A stretch of 64,000 nt of DNA from Cyclobacteriaceae bacterium. GTDB lineage: Bacteria; Bacteroidota; Bacteroidia; Cytophagales; Cyclobacteriaceae. Below the pieces are notes generated by a model that saw nothing but the letters and a program-made list of their open reading frames with translations, made no database searches and was not told the DNA's origin. The stretch covers positions 2,967,319 to 3,031,318 of the forward strand of contig JABFRS010000001.1 in the NCBI GenBank assembly GCA_013141055.1, written 5' to 3'. The translations under genes were made by a program, and so were the position numbers. Each line of letters opens with the position of its first letter. Position 1 is the stretch's first letter. Of this stretch, positions 27,103-36,041 are shown one piece after another.

Positions 27103-27250
27103 ATAACCCATTGTTTTAACCGTGGGTTATAAATTGATATCAATGCCGGTAACCATTTCAATGGTTTTCTAAACGCAGATTAATTTTGAAACCATTAAAA
27201 TGGTGGAATGAAAATATCCTATCATCATCCCACGGTTAAAACCGTGGGCT
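27103..27250. repeat. Second family of nested palindromes (CCCACGGTT..AACCGTGGG and AACCATT..AATGGTT)
   Basis: Perfect hairpin CCCACGGTT-AA-AACCGTGGG at 27229-27248, a degenerate inverted copy at 27103-27130, and an inner pair AACCATT-TC-AATGGTT (27151-27166) / ACCATT-AA-AATGGT (27191-27204). Confidence 0.8.
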
Positions 27251-27260
27251 TATAGAACCC

Positions 27261-27607
27261 ATCAGCGAAGCTGATCATCCGTGTCAATCTGCATCCTTTC
27301 TCAAGCAAAAGCTGTATTGCTTTTTTATCTGTAAATCCGTGATTACTGTTCCTGTCTAAGTTTTTCATATGCCGTTTGTTTTGCCATGCCCCAAATATGC
27401 AACCGCCGCAAAACCAAAATGTCACGAACTGTTAGAAACTGTTACGAAACTACACGAACACTCACGATCTGTTACAAACTGTTAAGAACTGTCACGAACT
27501 GTTAAGAACTGTTAGAAACTGTTAAGAAACTGACCGCCTCGTCCGGAAGCGGGCGACAAACGCCCCAAAAACTTAGAGATTTTTAGTACCTCATCAGCGA
27601 AGCTGAT
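27261..27607 (+). repeat. Two direct copies of the hairpin ATCAGC-GAA-GCTGAT
   Basis: Exact 15-nt copies at about 27261-27275 and 27593-27607, each followed by an ATCC(G/T)GTCAATC-like tract. Confidence 0.8.
27421..27531 (+). repeat. Tandem array of about 11 degenerate 10-bp units (GTYANRAACT)
   Basis: GTCACGAACT GTTAGAAACT GTTACGAAACT ... GTTACAAACT GTTAAGAACT GTCACGAACT GTTAAGAACT GTTAGAAACT GTTAAGAAACT. Confidence 0.9.
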
Positions 27608-27920
27608 AAATCCTGTCAATCCAGTATCTGCCGGATGGCTTTTTTTACCTTTTAATCCATGAATCCGTGTTTACGGTACGCCATATAGCCTTCTAGTGCT
27701 ATATGGTTCCGTTTTAGGCTTTTCAGATGTAGATTGATATTGGGCCATACCAGACTCAACCCCAAAAACCTCCAAATCACCCCAAAATCGCCACTTTTGA
27801 CTCCTCAACTCCAAACTTACACCTCCTTTTCTTCGTTTTTAGCCCATTTTGAGGGTTTTTAGGGGTGTTTCAGCTACGTTCCTCGGACGTTCCTCGTACT
27901 TTTCAGCTACCATTGCATGC

Positions 27921-28126
27921 TTTCTCTGATGTTTCTCTGATCGCTCTCTGATGTTTCCCCTATAAAAACGCTGCTTTCTCTGATAAATCTCTGATTCGTC
28001 TCTGATCACTTCCCTATAAAACGCCGTATTTCCCTATCTATTCCCTGATTCTTCTCTGATTCGCCTCTGATTGCTCTCTGATGTTTCTCTGATTCATGTC
28101 GGATCCATCTCCTTCGACTCTCTGAT
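27921..28126 (+). repeat. 11-bp-period pyrimidine-rich array with TCTCTGAT core
   Basis: Exact TCTCTGAT at 27923, 27934, 27945, 27977, 27988, 27999, 28053, 28075, 28086 and 28119, plus single-mismatch copies at 28042 and 28064. Confidence 0.9.
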
Positions 28127-28243
28127 CCTTCCCCAAGCTTATGCGGAGTCTATTCAGTCTCTACCCAGTCTCTACTCGGAGCTTATTCAGATCTTACCCA
28201 ATCTCTTGCCTGTTGACATCATGAAACTGACAACGAAGAGATG

Positions 28244-28942
28244 CTATTTTCTCTTTCCAAAGATCCTTAACAGATACAGGAATAGATTTATAAAATCAAG
28301 GTAAAGTGTAAGAGCTCCCATGATCGCTTCTTTTCGGTCTTCATCGGTGCCTTCATTGCCGATGATGTTCATATTCTTGATCTTCTGTGTATCATAAGCA
28401 GTAAGACCAACAAAGATCAAAACACCGAGATAGGTAGTGATCCAGTAGATCATTTCACTTTTCATAAAGATGTTGGCAATCGATGCGATCACTAATCCCA
28501 TCAATCCCATGAACAAAAGATTCTTCATTTTAGAAAGATCCGCATTAGTGGTGTACCCATAAATGCTCATGACTCCAAACGTACCGGCCGTTATGAAAAA
28601 TGTCGAGGCGAGAGATTCAGTTGTGTAGACCAGAAAAATTCCCGAAAGGGTTAATCCGTTTAATGCTGAATATAAAATAAAGATGAGTGTAGCCGTCGTT
28701 GCAGACATTTTGCTGACCCAGCCCGCCAATGCGCCTACGATGATGAACTGCACAACAATAATTCCAATGAATGTGATCGTGTTGCCAAAAACCATTTCCA
28801 GCAATGATGGTGAAGATGCGATGTACATGGCAACAAATCCGGTGATAATCAATGCAAATGACATCCATCCGTAGACTTTTGTCATGAACCGTTGGGTTTC
28901 TGCGATCGCTTCTTCAGCGCTCATGAGGGGTTGTTCGTTCAT
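28244..28942 (-). CDS. Bax inhibitor-1 / YccA family membrane protein
   Basis: FMTKVYGWMSFAL, FVGLTAYDTQKIK, ALTLYLDFINLFLYLLR; 7 TM helices. Confidence 0.93.
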   Translation of the reverse strand: MNEQPLMSAEEAIAETQRFMTKVYGWMSFALIITGFVAMYIASSPSLLEMVFGNTITFIGIIVVQFIIVGALAGWVSKMSATTATLIFILYSALNGLTLSGIFLVYTTESLASTFFITAGTFGVMSIYGYTTNADLSKMKNLLFMGLMGLVIASIANIFMKSEMIYWITTYLGVLIFVGLTAYDTQKIKNMNIIGNEGTDEDRKEAIMGALTLYLDFINLFLYLLRIFGKRK

Positions 28943-28966
28943 ATAGGTTTTAGGTTAGGTCAGCAA

Positions 28967-31363
28967 TCAGTTAGGTTTGAGGATCAAAATATTTTTCCAC
29001 TCTTCTTTCCCGGTCAGTTTCATGATCATACGTCTGAATTTTCCGGTAGCAAACATTTCTGCCTGATCGGAATAATGATCACTCATCACATTTCCAGACT
29101 GTCCGGTGGGAGAGACGGTTATGCCCTCATTGACGTTTGCAAAATCCGTGATCTTACGGAGAGCGGGTCCGCCATTCACAGGGTAGTATCCGGTTGTGTC
29201 CAGATCAAAATGCAAATTGTTGATCACTTCACTTCCACCCGGAACTTCAAATGGCCCTACACCGAAGAATTTGTCCAGAGGTTTCACAGATGACAATGCA
29301 TGTTTGTGTGTAAGCGTGTGAATCTTGTTCCAGGTCCAGCAGGTTGTACATTCTCCACTGGTCTCTTTTAATATTTTAAGTGTCTTAATCGCTGACTGCT
29401 CAATAATATCCTGCCTCTCTTCCACAACATCTTTTGTTCTCACATCATCCCACCATGGAGATAAATTATTCTTAATAAATGTCTCGTAAGAATTTTTTGG
29501 AATGGACGATTTCATAATCGCATCAAAGGCATCCGAACCCAGCTCATCCTCCATGGATCGCACCATGATCTGTGAAAGCATATTGTAATAAACGGATGGA
29601 GCAACGTCATTCAGCTGGTGATCACCATCCCAGTCCTTAAGAACCTTTGCCATCTCCTTGAATTCCGGTTTGCCTGTGAAGTCCAGTATCGAAGCGATCT
29701 CTTTTGCAATGGCAGGATGCATATTGGAAACAACGTCAAGGTTTATTGCCTTCATGTCATCTACGGTCCACTTTCTCTCTTTACTGAGAAGTTCAACAAT
29801 TCTTCCAGAGCGGGCACGGGGATAATAATATCCGGGATACAAAACTCCATCCACCGTATCAGGCTGATTGTTTGCAGAATAGACATATCCCCACGGAGGA
29901 TTGATGGCCTGTGGATTTTTTGAGAAGTCGTAGAACCCGATGTATTCATCTTTTCCATACGCCCCATCGAGGAATATCTTGGAGTTTACATGAGTGGGTC
30001 GGACCGGTAATTTGGCTACTGCCCACCATGCGATATTCCCGGCAACATCAGCATACATAACATTCAATCCCGGAGAAGAGAATAGTTCGGCGGCTTTGGC
30101 TGCATCTGCAAAGCTGGTTGCATGATTTAACTGATAAGCGGCCTGCAGTGATTCATTACTAAGATGATTGAGCATCCACGAAAGTGAAACAACGGTAGTA
30201 GCAGGCACTGTCTTTTCCATAATGCCGTTAATGATCGGGCCGTGACGCGTTGATTTGATTGCGAGTGTCAGATCTTTTTCACCTTTGATCTTTATTATTT
30301 CATCGCGGGTAGTGATGGCTTCCCACTGACCATTAAACATCACCTGATCAGGATTCTTCGGATCGATTGTTTCCGTAAAGAAATCGGTATCATCATTTTC
30401 AAACATGGTCAATCCCCAGCCGCAGAATTCATTATTGCCAAGCAAGGCAAAGGGAACTCCTGCGAGATGATGTCCATAAAAATTGAAACCCGGATAAGAC
30501 AGCGATGCTTCATACCATACTGCTGGTTGTGAGAATCCGATGTGCGTGTCGTTTGCCAGAATGGGAAATCCTGACTTGGTATGTTCACCTGAAACCACCC
30601 AGCCATTGCTTCCCGACCAAAGAGGTATTGGAATTTTTTGTAAAGCTTCCGAAAGAGCCGCTATAAGAGAATCTTTCTCGAGTGTTTTTACCGGGCCTTT
30701 AAAACTTTTGATTCTGACTGCATCTCCGGGAGTCTGAATGGCAAGATCTTTTAAATAACTTTCACCCAGTTCAGTCTTAATTTTATTGATGACAGGATCG
30801 GCTCTGATTCCTTCGGCGAAACCAAATGACATGAAACCGATGGCCAGATAAATATCTTCCGGTACAAATTCAGTTTTGGGGATTCCCATGATCATGAATT
30901 CAAGGGGAGTCTTTCCGGTCCGCACGAATTCGTTCACACCTTTCTGATAAGACAGGGCAGCCTTCTGAAATGCTGATGAATCCTTACTGAGATATTTTTG
31001 AGCGTGAGTAGCAGCAAACTTATTGATGCCGAGTGTTCTGAAAAGCTTGTCTACAGGAAGCAGATCTTTTCCAAGAACTTCTGAAAGTCTTCCACCGGCA
31101 GCTCTTCGGATCATTTCCATTTGAAACAAACGATCCTGAGCATGAATATAACCCAGAGCAAAATAGGCATCTTCTGCTGTTTGTGCTGAGATATGAGGAA
31201 CGCCGTATTCATCGTAACCAACACTGACTTCTGCTGTCAATCCCTTTAAGGTTACTTCACCGGAATATTTGGGAGAAGTAGTTCGCAGATAGATATAAAC
31301 TCCCAGGACAAATACGGCAAGCAGGATAACAATGCCGATTAGAATTCTTTTCAGTATTTTCAT
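28967..31363 (-). CDS. Penicillin acylase family Ntn hydrolase (S45)
   Basis: GYIHAQDRLFQME, catalytic GSNGW...ILANDTH, HYSDQAEMF; N-terminal membrane anchor. Confidence 0.92.
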   Translation of the reverse strand: MKILKRILIGIVILLAVFVLGVYIYLRTTSPKYSGEVTLKGLTAEVSVGYDEYGVPHISAQTAEDAYFALGYIHAQDRLFQMEMIRRAAGGRLSEVLGKDLLPVDKLFRTLGINKFAATHAQKYLSKDSSAFQKAALSYQKGVNEFVRTGKTPLEFMIMGIPKTEFVPEDIYLAIGFMSFGFAEGIRADPVINKIKTELGESYLKDLAIQTPGDAVRIKSFKGPVKTLEKDSLIAALSEALQKIPIPLWSGSNGWVVSGEHTKSGFPILANDTHIGFSQPAVWYEASLSYPGFNFYGHHLAGVPFALLGNNEFCGWGLTMFENDDTDFFTETIDPKNPDQVMFNGQWEAITTRDEIIKIKGEKDLTLAIKSTRHGPIINGIMEKTVPATTVVSLSWMLNHLSNESLQAAYQLNHATSFADAAKAAELFSSPGLNVMYADVAGNIAWWAVAKLPVRPTHVNSKIFLDGAYGKDEYIGFYDFSKNPQAINPPWGYVYSANNQPDTVDGVLYPGYYYPRARSGRIVELLSKERKWTVDDMKAINLDVVSNMHPAIAKEIASILDFTGKPEFKEMAKVLKDWDGDHQLNDVAPSVYYNMLSQIMVRSMEDELGSDAFDAIMKSSIPKNSYETFIKNNLSPWWDDVRTKDVVEERQDIIEQSAIKTLKILKETSGECTTCWTWNKIHTLTHKHALSSVKPLDKFFGVGPFEVPGGSEVINNLHFDLDTTGYYPVNGGPALRKITDFANVNEGITVSPTGQSGNVMSDHYSDQAEMFATGKFRRMIMKLTGKEEWKNILILKPN

Positions 31364-31448
31364 TCGTGAATAAATTTGATCAGGTTAGTGACCCCACTTT
31401 TAAAGCAGGAGTGTAATTGGACGGAGAGTTTTATTACTCATTAAAAAT

Positions 31449-32123
31449 ATGAAAAGATCATTGATAATTTTACTTTTTCTTCCCCTGCTAAGCATCGCTC
31501 AGAATAAATATGGGCTTAAACCAACGAATTATCAGCAGTATAATGAGTCCGTGAAAACCAATCCTGACAAAGAGCTGGTTGATCTCGAAAAATTTATTCC
31601 GGATCTGGTGATGGACATCCGGTATGCAACCGCCAACAATTTTACAGGGCAGAAAATTTACACACTCGCAAAAGCGTATGCCCGCAAGCCGGTGGCGGAA
31701 GCTTTAAAGAAAGCACAGGCGGATTTTAAGAAGCTGGGTGTTAAAGTAAAAATGCATGATGCGTATCGCCCGTATGCTGCAACGGTCAAGTTTTATGAGG
31801 AGTATCACGACACAACGTATGTTGCTTCTCCATACAAAGGTTCGCGGCATAACCGGGGATGTGCACTGGACATGACCATCGTTGATATTAAAACCGGTGA
31901 AGAGCTGAAGATGCCAACCGAATACGATTCTTTCAGCAAAGACGCCTGGCCTTCAACTCCTGTCAAAGATCCCGTTATCAGAAAAAACAGGGAGCTGATC
32001 ATATCCGTAATGGAGAAAAATGGATTCAAGGTGAATGGTTCTGAATGGTGGCACTTTGATTTTATCGGGTGGAAGAATTATGAAGTGATGGATATTAATT
32101 TTGAGGAACTTGAAAAGAAGTAA
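31449..32123 (+). CDS. ddpX: D-alanyl-D-alanine dipeptidase (M15D, VanX/DdpX family)
   Basis: DIRYATANNF, DAYRP, SRHNRGCALD, EWWHF; signal peptide. Confidence 0.88.
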   Translation: MKRSLIILLFLPLLSIAQNKYGLKPTNYQQYNESVKTNPDKELVDLEKFIPDLVMDIRYATANNFTGQKIYTLAKAYARKPVAEALKKAQADFKKLGVKVKMHDAYRPYAATVKFYEEYHDTTYVASPYKGSRHNRGCALDMTIVDIKTGEELKMPTEYDSFSKDAWPSTPVKDPVIRKNRELIISVMEKNGFKVNGSEWWHFDFIGWKNYEVMDINFEELEKK

Positions 32124-32125
32124 TT

Positions 32126-32452
32126 ATGACATTAGATGAATCGCAGAAGCTGGTAGACACATGGATCAAGGCGCATGGTGTCCGCTATTTTAATGAGCTT
32201 ACTAATACCGCTCTCCTGACGGAAGAAGTAGGAGAGGTAGCCAGGATCATGGCCAGACGATATGGTGAGCAATCTGAAAAAGAAGCTGACAAAGGAAAAG
32301 ATCTTGGAGAGGAGATGGCTGATGTATTGTGGGTATTGATCTGTCTTGCGAATCAGACGGGTGTTAATTTAACAGAGTCCTTCAAAAAGAACATTGAAAA
32401 GAAAACGATCCGGGATAAAGACCGGCATCATCAGAATCCCAAATTGCATTAA
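32126..32452 (+). CDS. MazG-like nucleotide pyrophosphohydrolase
   Basis: LTEEVGEVAR and EEMADVLWVL acidic motifs; 108 aa. Confidence 0.9.
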   Translation: MTLDESQKLVDTWIKAHGVRYFNELTNTALLTEEVGEVARIMARRYGEQSEKEADKGKDLGEEMADVLWVLICLANQTGVNLTESFKKNIEKKTIRDKDRHHQNPKLH

Positions 32453-32472
32453 CCGTTATCTGTTATTAAATG

Positions 32473-32507
32473 AAAAAAGCTGCCCCGGTTTCCCGAGACA
32501 GCTTTTT
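32473..32507 (-). terminator. Rho-independent terminator between convergent genes
   Basis: Minus strand GCTGTCTCGG-GAAA-CCGGGGCAGC plus T6; a T5 run on the plus strand suggests it is bidirectional. Confidence 0.8.
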
Positions 32508-32520
32508 GATTTTAGTCTGA

Positions 32521-35500
32521 TTAGTTTTTTCTCACTCTTACCGGATAAGGAGGCCTGACAGGATCCGCCTGCGGATTCTCTTTCAATTGTTTCAATGCAA
32601 TCTCAATTGCCTTCTCCAGTTGCGGATCGTTTCCTTTGATCACTTCAGAAGGTGTTTGCTCGATTTCGATATCGGGTGGTATACCAACATTCTCAACGAT
32701 GAATCCGTCTTTCGTCCAGATTCCAACATTGGGTGCTGTTACGCTACCACCGTCAATGAACTCAGGAAAGCCGAGAACACCAACGAGTCCTCCCCAGGTG
32801 CGTTTTCCTACCAGCGTTCCAACATTGAATTTTCTGAACATCCATGGAAGCATGTCGCCACCGGAACCAGCAGTTTCATCAATGATCATCACTTTCGGAC
32901 CCTGGATCGAACCGTTAGGGGATTTCAAGTCTTTACCATAACGCATGTTCCAGTGTGCCTGATAAGGTCTTAGTAAGTTATCGATATAATAATCGGCAAG
33001 CTGACCACCACCATTAAAGCGTTCATCCACGATGACTGCTTTTTTATTTGCCTGCGGATAGAAGTAGCGCTTGAAATATTCGTGCCCTAATCCTGCGGTG
33101 TTAGGAACGTAAACGTATGCTACCTGTCCGTTGGTAGCCTCATTCACCTTCTTGAGATTTCCTTCAACCCAGTCGCGGTTGCGTAGTGCATTTTCATTGT
33201 CGACCGGTACGACTTTTACAGTACGTGAACCAGCACCCGTTGCATTCGCACTCAATGTAAGCTCGACGATCTTGCCGGCAGTTGCTTCAAAGAATTTAAA
33301 GATGTTTTCAGATGAAGGAACATCTTTTCCATTCACAGCTATAATATAGTCGCCAACATTCGCATTCACTCCTGGTTCAGTCAACGGAGAACGAAGATTT
33401 GGATTGAAATTCAAACCACCATAGATCTTTTTGATCTGATAGCGACCGTTTGCTACAGTATAATCAGCTCCCAATAGTCCGCCGGAAACGGTAGCCGGAT
33501 TATTCAGCTTCTCTCCGGGTGCGGTAATGCGATGGTGACCTACGCCAAGTTCGCTGCACATCCACTGGATGACAGTATTCAGATCACTGCGACATGATAA
33601 GTCGGTAAGGAATACAGTATATTTCTTTTTCATGGCTGCCCAGTCAGCACCATGCATGCCGGGGTCATAGAAGTAGTCGCGGTTTACTCTCCATGCTTCA
33701 TTGAAAATGTTTGGCCATTCAGCTATCGGATCGATCTTAACCTGAATATCGGCGACATTCAGAATTCCTTTTCCGGCTTCCGGTTTTTCACCCACGTTGG
33801 TAATTCCCCATGTTCTGGAGTTGTTATTATAATACAGCATCTTCTTGCCGTCAGAAGAGATTGAATAGTCATCCAGGTCCATAACATCTGTGTCCTTGCG
33901 TTTCTTCATATCATATTTGTGAAGAACACCGCTTCCGTTTTCTTTACGAGCAACATAAAGGAGTTCATTGTCTTTCCCCATCCCCAATCCGTAATAGTTG
34001 CCGGCAGCAATCGGGAAGTCAACAATCCTTGTTTCAATACCTGCCCAGTCTACGCGGAAGGAATCATTTTTCTTTTCGGCAGCGGGAGCCGGTGTCTTGT
34101 CTGATTTTACTTCGGGTTTTGTTTCTGGTTTGTCGCCTTTCACTTCTTCTTCATCACTTTCTTTTGAGAATGGAGAAAGAGTTTCCTTCTGAAGCGTCAG
34201 GAGATAAATTGAATTCGTTGATCTCATATCGTTGTTGGACTGATCAAACCAGTTGACAACAGGACCTGCATTCGTGGATGCAAAGAAGAAAAGATATTTT
34301 CCTGCAGGATCGAATACGGGATTTGAAGCATCCACCAATCCGTCCGTTACGGGAAATGTTTTATCCTGATCAACAGAATACATCATGATCTTTTTGAAGT
34401 TGGTACCCATGGCCTTGGTGTAGACAATCCATCTGGAGTCATTAGACCAATCGCCAAATAACTCCCTGAAGATGCCGGGTGAATAGATCTCATCGCCATC
34501 AACTTTCTTGCTGACACCAGATGCTACATCGAGAACATATAGATTTCTGCCGTTGTCGACATAAGCGATCCTCTTGCTATCGGGCGACCATTTTGGATAA
34601 GCATAGAATCCTGTTCCGATAGGTTTAAATGCTTTAGCGGGATTTTTTCCATCCTGCGTACGGATGTGAAGTTCATATTCACCGCTGGCATCAGAGAAGT
34701 ATGCAATTGATTTGCCGTCGGGTGACCATGCTGGAAATTTTTCATGGACTCCGGTAGTTTGAGTAAGATTTCTTGGATCACCTTTTTCAGCAGGGATGGT
34801 GAAGATGTCTCCTCTGAAATCAAGAACCACGCGTGAGCCGGTAGCGGAGATCTGTCCATCACGGATGTACTGAGGACCTTTTACAAATCTTGGACGAAGT
34901 TCCTGAAGATCTGCGGCGATACCTACTGTTATCTTTTTTGAAGATGCTGTTGCGGGATCGAACGAATGAAGATAGCCAGCCTGTTCGAAAATGATTTTGC
35001 CGCTTCCGACCGACATATTGATGATTGGAAAGTCGTTAAAGGTTGTCAGTTGTTTTATTTCTTTGGAAGAAACATCGTATGAGTATAAGTTGAATTCACC
35101 GTTGCGATCACTTCTGAAGTAGATCTTGTTGCCCAGCCACATTGGGCCAACATCATTGCTGCCTGCCTGTGCTGTTGGAATTTTTACTGCTGATTTATCT
35201 CCGAACGAGAATATCCAGATGGTAGAGAAGCTTCCTCCGCGATAATTTTTCCATTGCTTGAAAGCATCGTTGAGGGGAGTATAGGCTATTGATTTTGCAT
35301 CCGGTGAATAAGAAGCGTGTGCTGCATTCGGAACTTCAAGCTGAGTGGGATAAGCACCGGTTACAGGTACAGTAAATAATTGTGAATAGCGATTATTGAA
35401 CATGGCACGCTGGGAAGTGAACAAGACACTTTTACCATCAGGTGTGAATCCTTTGGCGTTGTCGACTCCGGGATGCCAGGTAAGACGTGTTGGAATTCCA

Positions 35501-35790
35501 CCTTCAACAGGAATGATGAAGACATCTGTGTTACCATCATATTGTGCGCTGAAGGCAATCCATTTTCCATCGGGAGAGAACATTGGATTTGATTCAACGC
35601 CTTCATCTACTGTAAGGCGGCGAGGTTGTGAGCCATCGGGATTGGCAATCCAGAGATCCTCGGCATAGATAAATGCAATGTTGTTTGCGCTTACTGCCGG
35701 TTGGGATAAGAGTCGGGTATCTGTTGTATTAGTGCCAAAGGTTGCCGAGCAGACAAACAACAGCAGGATGATGAAGCTTGATATTTTCAT
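32521..35790 (-). CDS. Tricorn protease homolog (S41) with PD40 propellers and PDZ domain
   Basis: 1089 aa, signal peptide, FSPDGK repeats, VDERFNGGG, catalytic AGSGGD, GKRTWGG, DPQLEKAIE. Confidence 0.93.
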   Translation of the reverse strand: MKISSFIILLLFVCSATFGTNTTDTRLLSQPAVSANNIAFIYAEDLWIANPDGSQPRRLTVDEGVESNPMFSPDGKWIAFSAQYDGNTDVFIIPVEGGIPTRLTWHPGVDNAKGFTPDGKSVLFTSQRAMFNNRYSQLFTVPVTGAYPTQLEVPNAAHASYSPDAKSIAYTPLNDAFKQWKNYRGGSFSTIWIFSFGDKSAVKIPTAQAGSNDVGPMWLGNKIYFRSDRNGEFNLYSYDVSSKEIKQLTTFNDFPIINMSVGSGKIIFEQAGYLHSFDPATASSKKITVGIAADLQELRPRFVKGPQYIRDGQISATGSRVVLDFRGDIFTIPAEKGDPRNLTQTTGVHEKFPAWSPDGKSIAYFSDASGEYELHIRTQDGKNPAKAFKPIGTGFYAYPKWSPDSKRIAYVDNGRNLYVLDVASGVSKKVDGDEIYSPGIFRELFGDWSNDSRWIVYTKAMGTNFKKIMMYSVDQDKTFPVTDGLVDASNPVFDPAGKYLFFFASTNAGPVVNWFDQSNNDMRSTNSIYLLTLQKETLSPFSKESDEEEVKGDKPETKPEVKSDKTPAPAAEKKNDSFRVDWAGIETRIVDFPIAAGNYYGLGMGKDNELLYVARKENGSGVLHKYDMKKRKDTDVMDLDDYSISSDGKKMLYYNNNSRTWGITNVGEKPEAGKGILNVADIQVKIDPIAEWPNIFNEAWRVNRDYFYDPGMHGADWAAMKKKYTVFLTDLSCRSDLNTVIQWMCSELGVGHHRITAPGEKLNNPATVSGGLLGADYTVANGRYQIKKIYGGLNFNPNLRSPLTEPGVNANVGDYIIAVNGKDVPSSENIFKFFEATAGKIVELTLSANATGAGSRTVKVVPVDNENALRNRDWVEGNLKKVNEATNGQVAYVYVPNTAGLGHEYFKRYFYPQANKKAVIVDERFNGGGQLADYYIDNLLRPYQAHWNMRYGKDLKSPNGSIQGPKVMIIDETAGSGGDMLPWMFRKFNVGTLVGKRTWGGLVGVLGFPEFIDGGSVTAPNVGIWTKDGFIVENVGIPPDIEIEQTPSEVIKGNDPQLEKAIEIALKQLKENPQADPVRPPYPVRVRKN

Positions 35791-36041
35791 GTTTAAAATG
35801 GATTTGGAAATAGAATGTTAAAATAATGATTATTAGGTTATTGAGTAGGATTTTTTGTATGAATGGGGATGGATTAGAGACGATGCTGGCTCTGTCCGGA
35901 CCGGGAATGGTATGAAAGGATGAATGGATGCACGTTCAGGTGCGAAGGATCATGCACCTTTGGAATAGTTGCATGCAAGCGTTCCAAATTTCAGTGTTAT
36001 TACCATTCGCAATTAATGTAACAGGAAAGGCGGAGACAACC

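Noticed and set aside
27421-28126. CRISPR array
   Set aside because: Units are 10-11 bp, contiguous and degenerate; there are no 23-47-bp constant repeats separated by unique spacers and no cas genes in the window.
26731-28243. Chromosomal origin (oriC) or plasmid iteron origin
   Set aside because: Only one near-match DnaA box was seen (GTATCCACA at ~26916); no dnaA, mnmG or rep gene is adjacent, and there is no clear AT-rich unwinding element.
26803-28304. ORFs 26803-26997, 27225-27425 and 28071-28304 as genes
   Set aside because: They run through palindromic or tandem repeats, use weak starts, show no motifs, and the last overlaps the yccA-like gene on the opposite strand.
31385-31425. 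IS200/IS605-type end or HEARO/omega-RNA 5' hairpin
   Set aside because: Only a weak G-U-rich stem (TCCTGCTT/AAGTGGGG on the minus strand) in an 85-nt divergent promoter gap; no tnpA, tnpB or iscB and no partner end.
31449-32123. Vancomycin resistance (vanX) cluster
   Set aside because: No vanH, vanA/B, vanR or vanS; a signal-peptide-bearing stand-alone DdpX-type dipeptidase is the simpler reading.
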